Assembly: GCA_963716745.1 (NCBI GenBank)
Contig: OY970320.1
Location: 1,600,001 to 1,664,000, forward strand
Direction of reading: 5' to 3'
Length of the DNA stretch: 64,000 bases
Origin: an uncultured Gemmatimonadaceae bacterium
GTDB taxonomy: Bacteria; Gemmatimonadota; Gemmatimonadetes; Gemmatimonadales; Gemmatimonadaceae
This document shows, one piece after another, positions 40,503 through 50,731 of the stretch; position 1 is the first letter of the stretch; every line of letters begins with the position of its first letter. The position numbers and the translations under genes are program-made. Below the pieces are notes generated by a model. That model had not been told where the DNA came from and searched no databases. It saw only the letters and a list, made by a program, of their open reading frames with translations.

Positions 40503-43500
40503 GTGCTCACGCTCCGATCCGCGGCCGACCTGCTCGCCGCCGCCCGCTCGCTCGACACGCTCGCGCCCGTCGCCGCGGCCGCGGGGTTCACATCCGCGCC
40601 ATTGCCACTCGACGCCGGCGCGCGTACGGCGCTCGGCCTCGACGGACTCGCGCGCGAGGCACGGATCGTGACCGCCGCCGGCACGCTGCGCGCGCTCCTC
40701 GTCATGCTCGAGCCCGGCGCGCAGGTACGCGAGCGCGTCGCGGCGATCGCCGGCCGGCTGACGCGCCGCGCGCCACATCTCTTGTGGCTGGTCGTCGCCG
40801 CATCCGAGAGCGACGTCGCCATCGCGTGCTGGCGCGACGACGGCCACGGCCGCGCGCGTGTCGCGGCGCTCGTCGCCAGCCACGCGCAGATCACACCGAG
40901 CGATGCGGAAACGCTGCGCACGCTCGCCGTTCGGCCCAATGCGCACGATGTGCTCACCCACGCGCGCTGGCTCGACGTGCTGGGTCGCGACGCACTCAGC
41001 CGGCGCTTCTACGGCGCGCTGGAAGGCGTCGTGTCATCGCTCGCCGCCGAGGCGATCGGCCGCGCGAGCCAGGAGGACCGCCGCGCCACGGCCATCCTCG
41101 ATCTCAGCCGCCTGCTCTTCCTGGTGTTCCTCGAAGCGAAAGGCTGGCTCGACAACGACCCCCGCTTTCTCGAGCACCGGTTCGCGTCGTGCATGGAGCG
41201 CGGCGGGCATTTCCATGCGCGCATGCTGCTTCCGCTCTTCTTCGGCACACTCAACACGCCGCTTCGTCACCGCGCCACCACGGCGAGGTCGTTCGGACGC
41301 ATCCCATTCCTGAACGGCGGTCTGTTCGCGCGCACGCCGCTCGAGCGTCGCGCGAAGCTCGTCTTTCCCGATGCCGCGATCGGTACGGTCTTCAGCGAGC
41401 TGCTGTTGCGTTACCGCTTCACCGCGCGCGAGGACTCGGCGGCATGGAGCTGAAGCCGCGATCGATCCCGAGATGCTCGGCAAGGCGTTCGAGTCCCTCA
41501 TGTCGTCGCAGGAGCGACGCGCGAGCGGCGCGTACTACACGCCGCAGCCGATCGTCGAGGCGGTCACGCGCGCCGCGCTCGCGCCGGCGCTGCGTGGCGC
41601 CGCGCCGCCGGCCGTGATAGAACGCGCGCTCGCGGGCGACGATGTTCCGGAGCGAGCGAGCGCATCGTTGCGCGCGCGCCTGGGTGAGATCCGATTGCTC
41701 GACCCCGCGTGCGGTTCGGGCGCATTCCTCGTGCACGCGCTGGAAACAATGTCGGCGCTCGCCGGACGGCTCGGCGACGTGCGACCGGTCGCGGCGGTCC
41801 GCCGGGAGTTCCTGACGCGCGCGATCTTCGGCGTGGACCTGAATCCGACCGCCGTGTGGCTCTGCGAACTCAGACTCTGGCTCTCGGTGGTGATCGAGAG
41901 CGGCGAGCGCGATCCGCTCGCCGTGGCCCCGCTCCCGAATCTCGATCGGAATATTCGGGTGGGCGACGCGCTGGCGGGTGCCGCATTCGCGGGCGAGCGC
42001 GTGCCCGTGCGCGGCGGCGCGGCGATCAGCATGCTGCGCGAGCGATATGCGCGGGCGACCGGCGCGCGCAAGCGCACTTTGAACCGCGCGCTCGAGCGCG
42101 CGGAACGCACGCTGGCGCTCGCGCTGCTCGATGCGGCGGCGGGGCGGAACCGCGCCGAGCGCCGCGATGTGATCGCCGTGCTCCGCGGCCGCGACCTGTT
42201 CGGCGACCGCGTGCGCGCCTCGCGCGAGACGGCCGGGCATCTCAAGGCGCTGCGCGCGGCCGGCCGCGACATCGCGGCGGCGCGACGCGCTCTCGCCGGA
42301 GGCGGAGCGCTGCGCTTCGATTGGGCCACGCATTTCCCGCACATTCCCGCCCGCGGCGGATTCGACGCGGTGATCGGGAATCCACCGTGGGTGCGCCTGC
42401 ACCGTATCCCGCCGTCGGCCCGGGCCGCCTTGCGCGCCCGCTACGCCATCTTCCGGTCGGCGGCGTGGGAGCGCGGCGCCGCGAGTGCACGGGCGGGAGC
42501 CGGTTTCGCGGCGCAAGTGGATCTCGCATCGCTCTTCGTCGAGCGTTCCGTGGATCTGCTCCGTGCGGGCGGCACGCTCGCGCTGCTCCTGCCGGCGAAG
42601 CTCTGGCGATCCCTCGCCGGCGGAGGTCTCAGGCGATTGCTCACCGAGCGTACGATGGTGCTCGCGCTCGAGGACTGGACAGATTCTCCGCACTCGTTCG
42701 ATGCCGCGGTCTATCCATCGCTTCTGGTCGCGCGCCGCCGCGAGGACCCGGCGCCGGCGCCGGATATCGACGTCGCGTTCCACAGCAAGCGCGGGATACT
42801 CCGCTGGTCCGTCGCGGAGGACCGTCTCGCATTCGACGCCGATCCGTCGAGCCCATGGCTCGCGCTGCCGCCCACCGTGCGCGACGCCTTCGATCGCCTC
42901 ACCCGCGCAGGTGTTCCGCTCGCGAGATCGCCCTTCGGCGCTCCGCTCCTCGGCGTGAAATGCGGATGCAACGCGGCCTTCGTCGTATCGCTCGCGGGGG
43001 GAGCGAACGGGCTCGCGCACGTGCGCAGCGGCGAGCGCACCGGCGCCATCGAGCGCGCGCTGCTCCGTCCGCTCCTGCGCGGCGAGCACGTGACGCCATG
43101 GAGCGCGGAGGGTCCGGCGGAATTCCTCATCTGGACGCACGGCCGCGACGGCCCGCCGCTCGCGCGTCTGCCGGTGCACGCCGCGCATTGGTTCTCGCAT
43201 TGGCGCCGCGATCTCGGCCAGCGCACCGACGTCCGGAACGGGGGCGCCTGGTGGTCGCTCTTCCGCACGGCGGGCGCGCACGATGCGTGCTCGCGCGTCG
43301 TGTGGGCGGACATGGGCCGCGCGCCCCGCGCGCTCATCCTCAACGCCGGCGATCCGACGGTCGCCTTGAACTCGTGCTATGTACTCCCGTGCGCCGATCC
43401 GATCGATGCCGCCGCGATCGCGGCGCTCCTGAATTCGCCGCTCGCCGCCGCGTGGCTTGGCGTGATCGCCGAACCCGCGCGCGGCGGCTACAAACGTTTC

Positions 43501-43692
43501 CTCGCCTGGACCGTGTCGCTACTGCCGCTGCCGCGCGACTGGCCGCGCGCCCGCCGGCTCCTTGCGCCGCTCGCCGATCGCGCGATCGAGCACGACGACG
43601 TGAGCGCCGATGAACTGCTCGCCGCCGCGGTGACCGCGTTCCGCGTGCGGCGCGCCGACATCGACCCGCTGCTCGCGTGGAACGCGCGATGA
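40503..43692 (+). CDS. Large N6-adenine DNA methyltransferase (Eco57I/TaqI-like); frameshift ~41451
   Basis: [38 protein letters not shown] (motif I), GVDLN, VIGNPPW (motif IV), C-terminal TaqI_C-like ALLNSPL. Confidence 0.85.
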
Positions 43693-45875
43693 TCCCCACG
43701 CCAGTGGCCGCCGTGCGCGCGATGATCGCGGGCGCGTGGCTCGCTGCGCCGGAAGAGGCCACGCGCGTCGGCTCGGTCACGCTCCGTCCGCACCAGCGCG
43801 ACGCCGTCGCGCGCCTGCGGGCGGTGATCAACGAATTCGGCGGCGCGCTGCTCGCCGACGACGTGGGACTCGGAAAGACCTACGTGGCCGCCGCGATCAT
43901 CGCCGCGGCCGAGCGGGCATTGGTGGTGGCGCCGGCGGCGCTCCGCGACATGTGGCGCCGTGCCCTCGGTGCCGCCGGCGTGCACGCGGAGTTCGTCACC
44001 TACACCGCGCTCAGCCGCGGCCGAATTCCGAAAGGGGTCTTCACGCTGCTGGTGCTGGACGAAGCGCATCACGCGCGCACTCCGGGCGCGCGCCGCTACG
44101 CCACGCTCGCGGCGCTCGCCGCCAGCGCGCAGGTGCTCGCGCTCACGGCCACACCCGTGCACAATACGCGCGACGACCTGGCCGCGATCCTCGCGCTCTT
44201 CCTCGGCGCCCGCGCATTTACGCTGGACGATCCCGCGCTCGCGCGGTGCATCGTGCGCCGCACGCATGCCGATCTCGACACCGGCGTGCTGCCTGGGCTC
44301 GAAGCGCCGCGCTGGGTCGAGATCGGCGACGACGCATCTTTGCTCGATGCGATCGTCGCGTTGCCGCCGCCGGTGCCGCCGTCGGGTGGCGGCGACGGCG
44401 GTGCGCTCGTCGCGTGGGGGCTCGCGCGCCAGTGGGCTTCGAGTCGCGCCGCGCTCGAGAGCGCGGTGCGGCGCCGTCTCGCACGTGCCGCGGCGCTCGG
44501 CGCCGCCCTCGAGGACGGACGTTATCCCAACGAGCGGGAGTTGAGCGCCTGGGCCGCGGCCGACGATGTGATCCAACTCGCGTTCCCGGCTCTCGTGAGC
44601 ACTACGAGTCCCGGCGCGGGAGCACTGCTCGATGCGCTTCGCGCCCACGAGCATGGGCTGCGCGCGCTCTTGGCGTGCGCGCGCGTCTCTACCAACGTTG
44701 ACGATGCGCGCGCCGAACGCCTGCGCGAGATCCGCCGCGCGCACACGGGCGAGCGCATCGTCGCGTTCACGCAGTTCGCCGACACCGCGCTCGCACTCTA
44801 CAGATCGCTCGCGCCCGCGGGCGGCGTCGCGGCGCTCACCGCGCGAGGCGCGCGCGTCGCCGGCGGCACGCTGTCACGGCGGGATGCGCTCGCGCGGTTC
44901 GCGCCACGCGCGCTCGGAGTCGCGCCGCCACGGGCGTGCGAACGGATCGACCTGCTGCTCACGACCGACCTGCTCAGCGAAGGGCTCGATCTCGGCGACG
45001 CCTCCGTCGTCGTGCACCTCGATCTTCCGTGGACGCCGGCGCGCCTCGAGCAACGCGTCGGACGTTCGCGCCGGCTCGGCGCGCCGCACGCGCGCACGTG
45101 GGTGTACGCCTATGCGCCACCGGCAGCGGCGGAGCGGTTGCTCGAGGTGGAACGGCGCCTGCGCGAGAAGCTGCGCGCCGCCGGCCGGATCACCGGCGTC
45201 GCGGGCGCGATATTGCCGTCGCTTGGACCGACGCCAGACGAAACGCCCGCCGCTCGCACGCGCCAGCGCCTGTACGAGGTCGTCGCGGCGTGGCACGCGG
45301 AACACGTTGAGGAGCGAAAAGAACTCGTCGTCGCCACCGCGCACGGGCGCCGCCGCGCGGTGTTGCTGGCCGTGCGCAACGGTGCGCACACGGTGCTCGG
45401 TGCCTCATTGGACGACGGAGAGCCCACCGACGATCCGGACACTCTGCTCGCCGTCGCCGAGCTCGCCGCGGCGGCTCGCGATGCGTCGCTCGACGCGCGG
45501 GCGATCGAACGCGCGCTTGCTGCCGGAGCGCGGTGGCTGGAGCGGCGGTCGGCGTCCGAGGCGATCGGCGGCGCGGCGATCTTCCGCGCCGCATCGCGTC
45601 GCTCGGCGCTGCGCCGGATCGCCGGCATCGCGCAGCGCGTGCCCCATCACCGGCGAGCGCTCATCGCGCCGATGGCTGCACAGGCGCGGCGCGTGGTCGC
45701 AGCGCCGTTCGGCGTGGGCGCGGAGCGCATCCTCAATGCGATCGCCGGCGCGCCGCTCGCCGACGAAGCGTGGCTCCGCGCGCTCAACGAGTTCGGCGCG
45801 ATCCACGTGCCACACCCGGCGCGCCAGCAGGCCGCGGCAACGCTCATCGCGGCGATCGTGATCGATGTGCAATGA
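43689..45875 (+). CDS. SNF2-like superfamily 2 helicase
   Basis: [51 protein letters not shown] overlap with the MTase stop. Confidence 0.88.
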   Translation: MIPTPVAAVRAMIAGAWLAAPEEATRVGSVTLRPHQRDAVARLRAVINEFGGALLADDVGLGKTYVAAAIIAAAERALVVAPAALRDMWRRALGAAGVHAEFVTYTALSRGRIPKGVFTLLVLDEAHHARTPGARRYATLAALAASAQVLALTATPVHNTRDDLAAILALFLGARAFTLDDPALARCIVRRTHADLDTGVLPGLEAPRWVEIGDDASLLDAIVALPPPVPPSGGGDGGALVAWGLARQWASSRAALESAVRRRLARAAALGAALEDGRYPNERELSAWAAADDVIQLAFPALVSTTSPGAGALLDALRAHEHGLRALLACARVSTNVDDARAERLREIRRAHTGERIVAFTQFADTALALYRSLAPAGGVAALTARGARVAGGTLSRRDALARFAPRALGVAPPRACERIDLLLTTDLLSEGLDLGDASVVVHLDLPWTPARLEQRVGRSRRLGAPHARTWVYAYAPPAAAERLLEVERRLREKLRAAGRITGVAGAILPSLGPTPDETPAARTRQRLYEVVAAWHAEHVEERKELVVATAHGRRRAVLLAVRNGAHTVLGASLDDGEPTDDPDTLLAVAELAAAARDASLDARAIERALAAGARWLERRSASEAIGGAAIFRAASRRSALRRIAGIAQRVPHHRRALIAPMAAQARRVVAAPFGVGAERILNAIAGAPLADEAWLRALNEFGAIHVPHPARQQAAATLIAAIVIDVQ

Positions 45876-45900
45876 GCGCCCGATCGTTCGTCTCATCCGT

Positions 45901-46407
45901 ATGAGAATACACTTCGGCTGGACCCTCGCCTGCACGCTGGCGATCGCCGTCGCGTGCGGCGCACAGAGTGTCGACACAACGATCATCTTTAACGCGGCCA
46001 CGGCGGACAGTCTCGTCTTCGAGCGCACCGCCTGCTTTGGCACCTGCCCCACCTACCGCCTGCGCATCTCGCGCGACGGCGCGGTGCATCTCCGCTGGCA
46101 GGCGCAGCGCCCAGATCGCGTGGTGACGCAGCGCGACTGGACCATTCCGGCCGATAGCGTGCGCGCGCTCTTCGCGCTCGCCGCGAAGGGCGGCATCACC
46201 GCGCTCCCCGACCGGATCTCGGAGTCCAGGACGTACTGCCCGCAGGCCTGGACCGACATGCCGGGCGCCATCGTCAGCTTCTACGGCGCCGGTTGGTCCA
46301 AGAGCACGAACGACTATTTCGGCTGCAAGCAGGCACCGGCCGCCCTGCGCGCCTTCGAGATCGCGATCGATTCGGTGGCGGGCGTGCACGCGCACGAGCC
46401 CAACTGA
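45901..46407 (+). CDS. Exported protein (DUF6438-like)
   Basis: Signal/lipobox AVAC; ERTACFGTCPTY…DG; TDMP. Confidence 0.7.
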   Translation: MRIHFGWTLACTLAIAVACGAQSVDTTIIFNAATADSLVFERTACFGTCPTYRLRISRDGAVHLRWQAQRPDRVVTQRDWTIPADSVRALFALAAKGGITALPDRISESRTYCPQAWTDMPGAIVSFYGAGWSKSTNDYFGCKQAPAALRAFEIAIDSVAGVHAHEPN

Positions 46408-46423
46408 GCGGTCCCGCGAGACG

Positions 46424-46879
46424 CTACTGTTTGGATGCGTTCGAGTGGCCGAACATCCTGTACTCGGTACCGTTCAACGTGAGCACGGTCACCAAGCTCG
46501 ACTGGATAGAGGTGTTGCTCGCGAGACCCGTGTTCTGCCACTCGGAGCCGGCGCCACAGCATCCCGTCACGTCAAAACTGAGGGACAACGAGCCGCCCGT
46601 GATCAGGCCGTTCGTAACGACCCCATCGTACGGCCCGAACGTCTGGGTGATGTCGCCCGTGCACGCGAACGTCAGGCCTTCGTAGGTGCCGGTCACCTGC
46701 GAGCCGTTCTGCGTCAGATGCAGCGTGGCGGCGGTGGTCGCGCAATTCAACACTGGCAGCGTGTCGCCGAACGTCGCCGAATAGTTCCAGTTGCCGGTGA
46801 TGTCCACCGGGCCGCTATTGGTGGAGCACGAGGAGGCGGCCAGCAGAACCGCGGCCGCGAGTGCGAGCAGTGATTTCAT
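46424..46879 (-). CDS. Hypothetical lipoprotein
   Basis: MKSLLALAAAVLLAASSC; DITGNW; LTQNGSQVTGTY; RBS GAGGA. Confidence 0.7.
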   Translation of the reverse strand: MKSLLALAAAVLLAASSCSTNSGPVDITGNWNYSATFGDTLPVLNCATTAATLHLTQNGSQVTGTYEGLTFACTGDITQTFGPYDGVVTNGLITGGSLSLSFDVTGCCGAGSEWQNTGLASNTSIQSSLVTVLTLNGTEYRMFGHSNASKQ

Positions 46880-46951
46880 GGCGATCCTCACGGAGTGCAG
46901 GGTTGCCCGCAACGTCCTACTATAGGTAGCGATGGAAGCCACGACCTGACA

Positions 46952-47611
46952 ATGCCCCGCCGGCCGCTCGCCCTCTTGTTCGACCTCGATGGGACCCTCG
47001 TGGATTCCATCGAGCTGATCCTCACGTCCTTTCGCCACACCTTCGCCACCCACCTCGGCGCGGTGCCACCTGACTCGGCGTGGATCGCCGGACTCGGCAC
47101 GCCGCTGTTCACCCAGCTGCGCGAGTTCACGCGCGACGACGAGGTGGCCAGCGCGATGACGGCCACGTATCGCGAATTCCAAATGCAGCATCACGACCGC
47201 CTCATGCGCGCATACCCCGGAGTGCGCGAGGCGATGCAGGAACTTCGCGCCCGCGAACATCCTACCGCTGTAGTGACGTCAAAGATGAGCGATCTCGCCG
47301 AGCGCGCGCTGATGTTCACCGGCCTCCGCGAAACGATCGACCTCGTGATCGGCATGGAGAACACCGAGCGTCACAAGCCCGATCCCGAGCCGGTGCACGC
47401 GGCGCTCCGTGCGTTGGGCTACCCGCCCTCGGAGGCCGTGTTCCTGGGCGATTCGCCGCATGACATCGCCGCCGGCAACGCCGCTGGTGTCATATCCGTG
47501 GCGGCGGAATGGGGCCCGTTCAGCGCCGCGGAACTCGACGCCGCGAAGCCCAAATACCGGGTCGCGAGAATGGCCGACTTCCCGGCGCTCATCGCGCGGC
47601 TGGGCGCATGA
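46952..47611 (+). CDS. HAD-IA hydrolase (PpaX/phosphoglycolate phosphatase-like)
   Basis: FDLDGTLVDS, VVTSK, KPDPEP, LGDSPHD. Confidence 0.92.
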   Translation: MPRRPLALLFDLDGTLVDSIELILTSFRHTFATHLGAVPPDSAWIAGLGTPLFTQLREFTRDDEVASAMTATYREFQMQHHDRLMRAYPGVREAMQELRAREHPTAVVTSKMSDLAERALMFTGLRETIDLVIGMENTERHKPDPEPVHAALRALGYPPSEAVFLGDSPHDIAAGNAAGVISVAAEWGPFSAAELDAAKPKYRVARMADFPALIARLGA

Positions 47612-47618
47612 ACACGCT

Positions 47619-47646
47619 TCAAACCATTCGCCCGCCCCGGGCATCT
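47619..47646 (+). promoter_or_regulatory. Possible autoregulatory ECF promoter
   Basis: TCAAAC-17 nt-CATCT about 30 nt upstream of the ECF sigma gene; AAC-type -35. Confidence 0.35.
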
Positions 47647-47677
47647 TATCCAGTGACCACAAGGAGAACGGAACTGG

Positions 47678-48262
47678 ATGCTCGCCGCTGCCCTGCACGT
47701 GGAAGTCTCGAACAGGTCCGCTGACAGCAGCGCCGCCGATGCGGCGTTGGCTGCGGGGGGCGACCGGCGGGCGTTCGAACGGCTCTACCGTTCTCACGTG
47801 GATCGCGTCTTCTCGCTTTGCGCGCGCATGTGCGGGAACCGCGAGCACGCCGAAGAGCTCACGCAGGATGTGTTCGTTCGCGCGTGGGACAAGCTGCCGC
47901 AGTTCCGCGGCGAGAGCGCCTTCGGCACGTGGATCCACCGGGTGGCAGTGAACGTGGTATTGAACGACCGCAAGACGGCGAGCCGCGAACGATCGCGCGC
48001 CGCGCCGGAACCGATGGGAGAAGAGCAAGACGATCCCGAGGCGCAGTTCGGGGGCCGCGAGGCCCCGCGTCACGCGGACCGGATGGACATCGAGGCAGCG
48101 ATCGCGACACTGCCCCCCGGCGCGCGCCGGGTGTTCGTACTGCACGACGTGGAAGGCTATAAGCACGAAGAGATCGCCGAGATGCTCGGCGTGACATCAG
48201 GGGGCACCAAAGCGCAGCTGCACCGCGCCCGCATGCTCCTACGGGAGGCACTGGAGAGATGA
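47678..48262 (+). CDS. ECF RNA polymerase sigma factor
   Basis: GDRRAFERLY, AEELTQDVF, TWIHRVAVN, LPPGARRVFVLHDVEGYKHEEIA. Confidence 0.93.
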   Translation: MLAAALHVEVSNRSADSSAADAALAAGGDRRAFERLYRSHVDRVFSLCARMCGNREHAEELTQDVFVRAWDKLPQFRGESAFGTWIHRVAVNVVLNDRKTASRERSRAAPEPMGEEQDDPEAQFGGREAPRHADRMDIEAAIATLPPGARRVFVLHDVEGYKHEEIAEMLGVTSGGTKAQLHRARMLLREALER

Positions 48263-48945
48263 CCGACATGACCATGACCTGCGCCGAGCTGGATGTGCGG
48301 CTCGCCGACTATCTGAACGATGCGCTCGACGCGCCCACCCGGGCGGCGGTGGAGCAGCATCTCGCGGGCTGCGCGCGCTGCACCGGCGTGCTGGCCGCGC
48401 TCGACGAGCGGCCGGCACGTGCGGCCGAGCTGCCCGTGCTCGTGCCCGAGCACGATCTGTGGAGCGGGATCGCCGCGCGGATCGAGCCACGGGTGCTGTC
48501 GCTCGGCGATCGCACCGCAGTCTCACCGGCGCGGCGCGGATGGCGCATCGCGCGCATGGCGGCCGCCGCTTCGATCCTCGTGATCGGCAGTTCTCTCATC
48601 ACCCGGAAGATGATGCTCCAGCAAGGTCCGCCTGCCGTCGCGGTGCAGACCGCCGCGCCCGGCACGCCGAACGCCACGCTCGCGTCCCAGAACCTCATTG
48701 AGACTTATGACTCCGAGATCGCGCAGCTCGACTCCGCGGTGACACTCCGCCGCGGCCAGCTCGACACGACCACCGTGAAGATCATCGAGAAGAACCTGCT
48801 CGTGATCGACAAGGCGATCGCCGAGAGCCGCGCGGCCCTCGCGAAGGATCCGAACAGCCGCTTCCTGAAACAGCAGCTCACTCGCGTACTCGACCAGAAG
48901 GTTGGATTGCTGCGCACCGCGGCACTCCTCCCCGCCCGCACCTGA
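48259..48945 (+). CDS. Anti-sigma factor (zf-HC2, one TM helix)
   Basis: MTC…HLAGCARC; TM MAAAASILVIG; ATGA coupling to the sigma gene. Confidence 0.88.
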   Translation: MTDMTMTCAELDVRLADYLNDALDAPTRAAVEQHLAGCARCTGVLAALDERPARAAELPVLVPEHDLWSGIAARIEPRVLSLGDRTAVSPARRGWRIARMAAAASILVIGSSLITRKMMLQQGPPAVAVQTAAPGTPNATLASQNLIETYDSEIAQLDSAVTLRRGQLDTTTVKIIEKNLLVIDKAIAESRAALAKDPNSRFLKQQLTRVLDQKVGLLRTAALLPART

Positions 48946-48948
48946 GAG

Positions 48949-49905
48949 ATGACCAACATGAGACCCCGCATCAGCATTTTCACAGTCCTCGTACTCTTCG
49001 CGATCGCCTTCCCGGCGTGCGCGCAGAGCAAGAACAAAGGCAAGCACGGCCACCGCGACGACGAAGGCGTGAGCCGCATCGACACCACGGTGTCCGTGAG
49101 CCGCGGCGCCACGATCGAAGTCTCGGTGATCTCCGGCGACATCAAGGTCACCAGCTGGGACCGCGCGCAGGTGCAGGTCCACGCGGTGAGCGAGAGCGGC
49201 GACATCCGCTTCGAAGCATCGTCGGGCCGCGTCACGCTCGAGACCGAGCACCAGGATGGCGACGACGATGAGGACACGCACTTCGAGCTCATGGTGCCGA
49301 AGGACGCCCGCGTGAGCGCGACGAGCATCTCCGGCGAAGTCACCGTGCGCGGGGTCGGCGAACTCGAGGCCACGAGCATCAGCGGTGATATGTCGGTGTC
49401 CGGCGTGACCGGCCGCGCGGCGCTGCAGAACGTGTCGGGCAGCATCACCGCCTCCGACCTGGACGGCGGCGTGAAGGCGAACGCGGTGAGCGGCGACATC
49501 GAGCTCAGCGACGTCACCGGCGACCTGCAGGTGCAGACCGTGAGCGGCGAGATGAAACTTCGCTCCGTGAAGAGCTCGTACGTGCGCACACAGACCGTGA
49601 GCGGCGATGTGGAGTTCGACGGCACGGTGGATCCGAAGGGACGCTACGAGTTCAACTCGCACTCCGGCTCGTTCTCGATCGCGCTGCCGCGCGGCGTGGG
49701 CGCGACGGTGAGCATGCGCGGCTATAGCGGTGACTTCAACAGCTCCTGCGCCATGACGCTCATGCCCGGCGGAACGCAGGGCACGGGGCGCTCCAAGAAC
49801 ATGACGTTCCAGTTGGGCAACGGCGGCGCGCGCTTCAGCATCGAGACCTTCAGCGGCGACGTCACGATCACAGGTTGCGGCGGTTCCAAGTCCAAGGAGA
49901 ATTGA
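48949..49905 (+). CDS. DUF4097 beta-strand repeat protein, exported
   Basis: Signal peptide; repeated (T/S)xSG(D/E) motifs. Confidence 0.85.
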   Translation: MTNMRPRISIFTVLVLFAIAFPACAQSKNKGKHGHRDDEGVSRIDTTVSVSRGATIEVSVISGDIKVTSWDRAQVQVHAVSESGDIRFEASSGRVTLETEHQDGDDDEDTHFELMVPKDARVSATSISGEVTVRGVGELEATSISGDMSVSGVTGRAALQNVSGSITASDLDGGVKANAVSGDIELSDVTGDLQVQTVSGEMKLRSVKSSYVRTQTVSGDVEFDGTVDPKGRYEFNSHSGSFSIALPRGVGATVSMRGYSGDFNSSCAMTLMPGGTQGTGRSKNMTFQLGNGGARFSIETFSGDVTITGCGGSKSKEN

Positions 49906-49907
49906 CC

Positions 49908-50706
49908 ATGCATTCGGATCATCACCACGGCGTTCGCGGTCGCGTTCCTGAGTGCGCCGCTGGCGGCGCAGACCACCACGAGCTCCGACGACAATTTCAA
50001 ATGGAGCGGCAAGATGAACGCCGGCTCCTGGCTCCGCGTGGCCAACATGAACGGCTCGATCAGCGTCGAGAAGGGAACGGGCGACGTGGCCGAGGTGACC
50101 GCCGAGAAGGATTGGCGGCACGGCGACCCGAAGGACGTCACCTTCGCGATCGTGAAGGATGGGAACAACATCACGATCTGCGCGCTCTGGGGCGATCGCT
50201 CCACCTGCGACGCCGACGGCGCGCACTATCACAACCACGGCAACTGGGACGGCGATCACAACGACGTGAACGTGAAGTTCACGATCAAGCTGCCGGCCGG
50301 CGTGAACGTCGGCGTGAACACGATCAATGGCAGCCTGGATGTCTCCGGCGCGCAGAGCGAGGTGAGAGCCTCGACGGTGAATGGGCGCGTGGATGCGTCG
50401 AGCGCCGGCGGCCCGGTCGAAGCGAACACGGTGAACGGTTCGATCCGTGTGACGATGGACGCCGCGCCCGGCAAGGATGACCTGAAGTTCTCGACGGTGA
50501 ACGGATCGATCTCGGTCACGGTGCCGTCGAACTTCGCCGCGGACCTCGAGATGCAGACGGTGAACGGTTCGCTCACGTCGGACTTCCCGCTCACGATCAG
50601 CGGCAAGGTGAACCCGAAGCATCTGCACGCCGTGATCGGAAGCGGCGGCCGCGAAGTGCGGCTCGAAACGGTGAACGGCAGCATCGAGATCCTGAAGGGA
50701 CGTTAG
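49908..50706 (+). CDS. DUF4097 beta-strand repeat protein, exported; frameshift right after the ATG
   Basis: In-frame upstream signal IRIITTAFAVAFLSAPLAAQ; repeated TVNGS motifs. Confidence 0.82.
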
Positions 50707-50731
50707 CGCTCCGCCCCGCCGGCCCGCCGCG

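Noticed and set aside
38870..41617. 915-aa ORF
   Set aside because: Only 39206-39735 is a real GT2 N-terminus; the rest is out-of-frame read-through.
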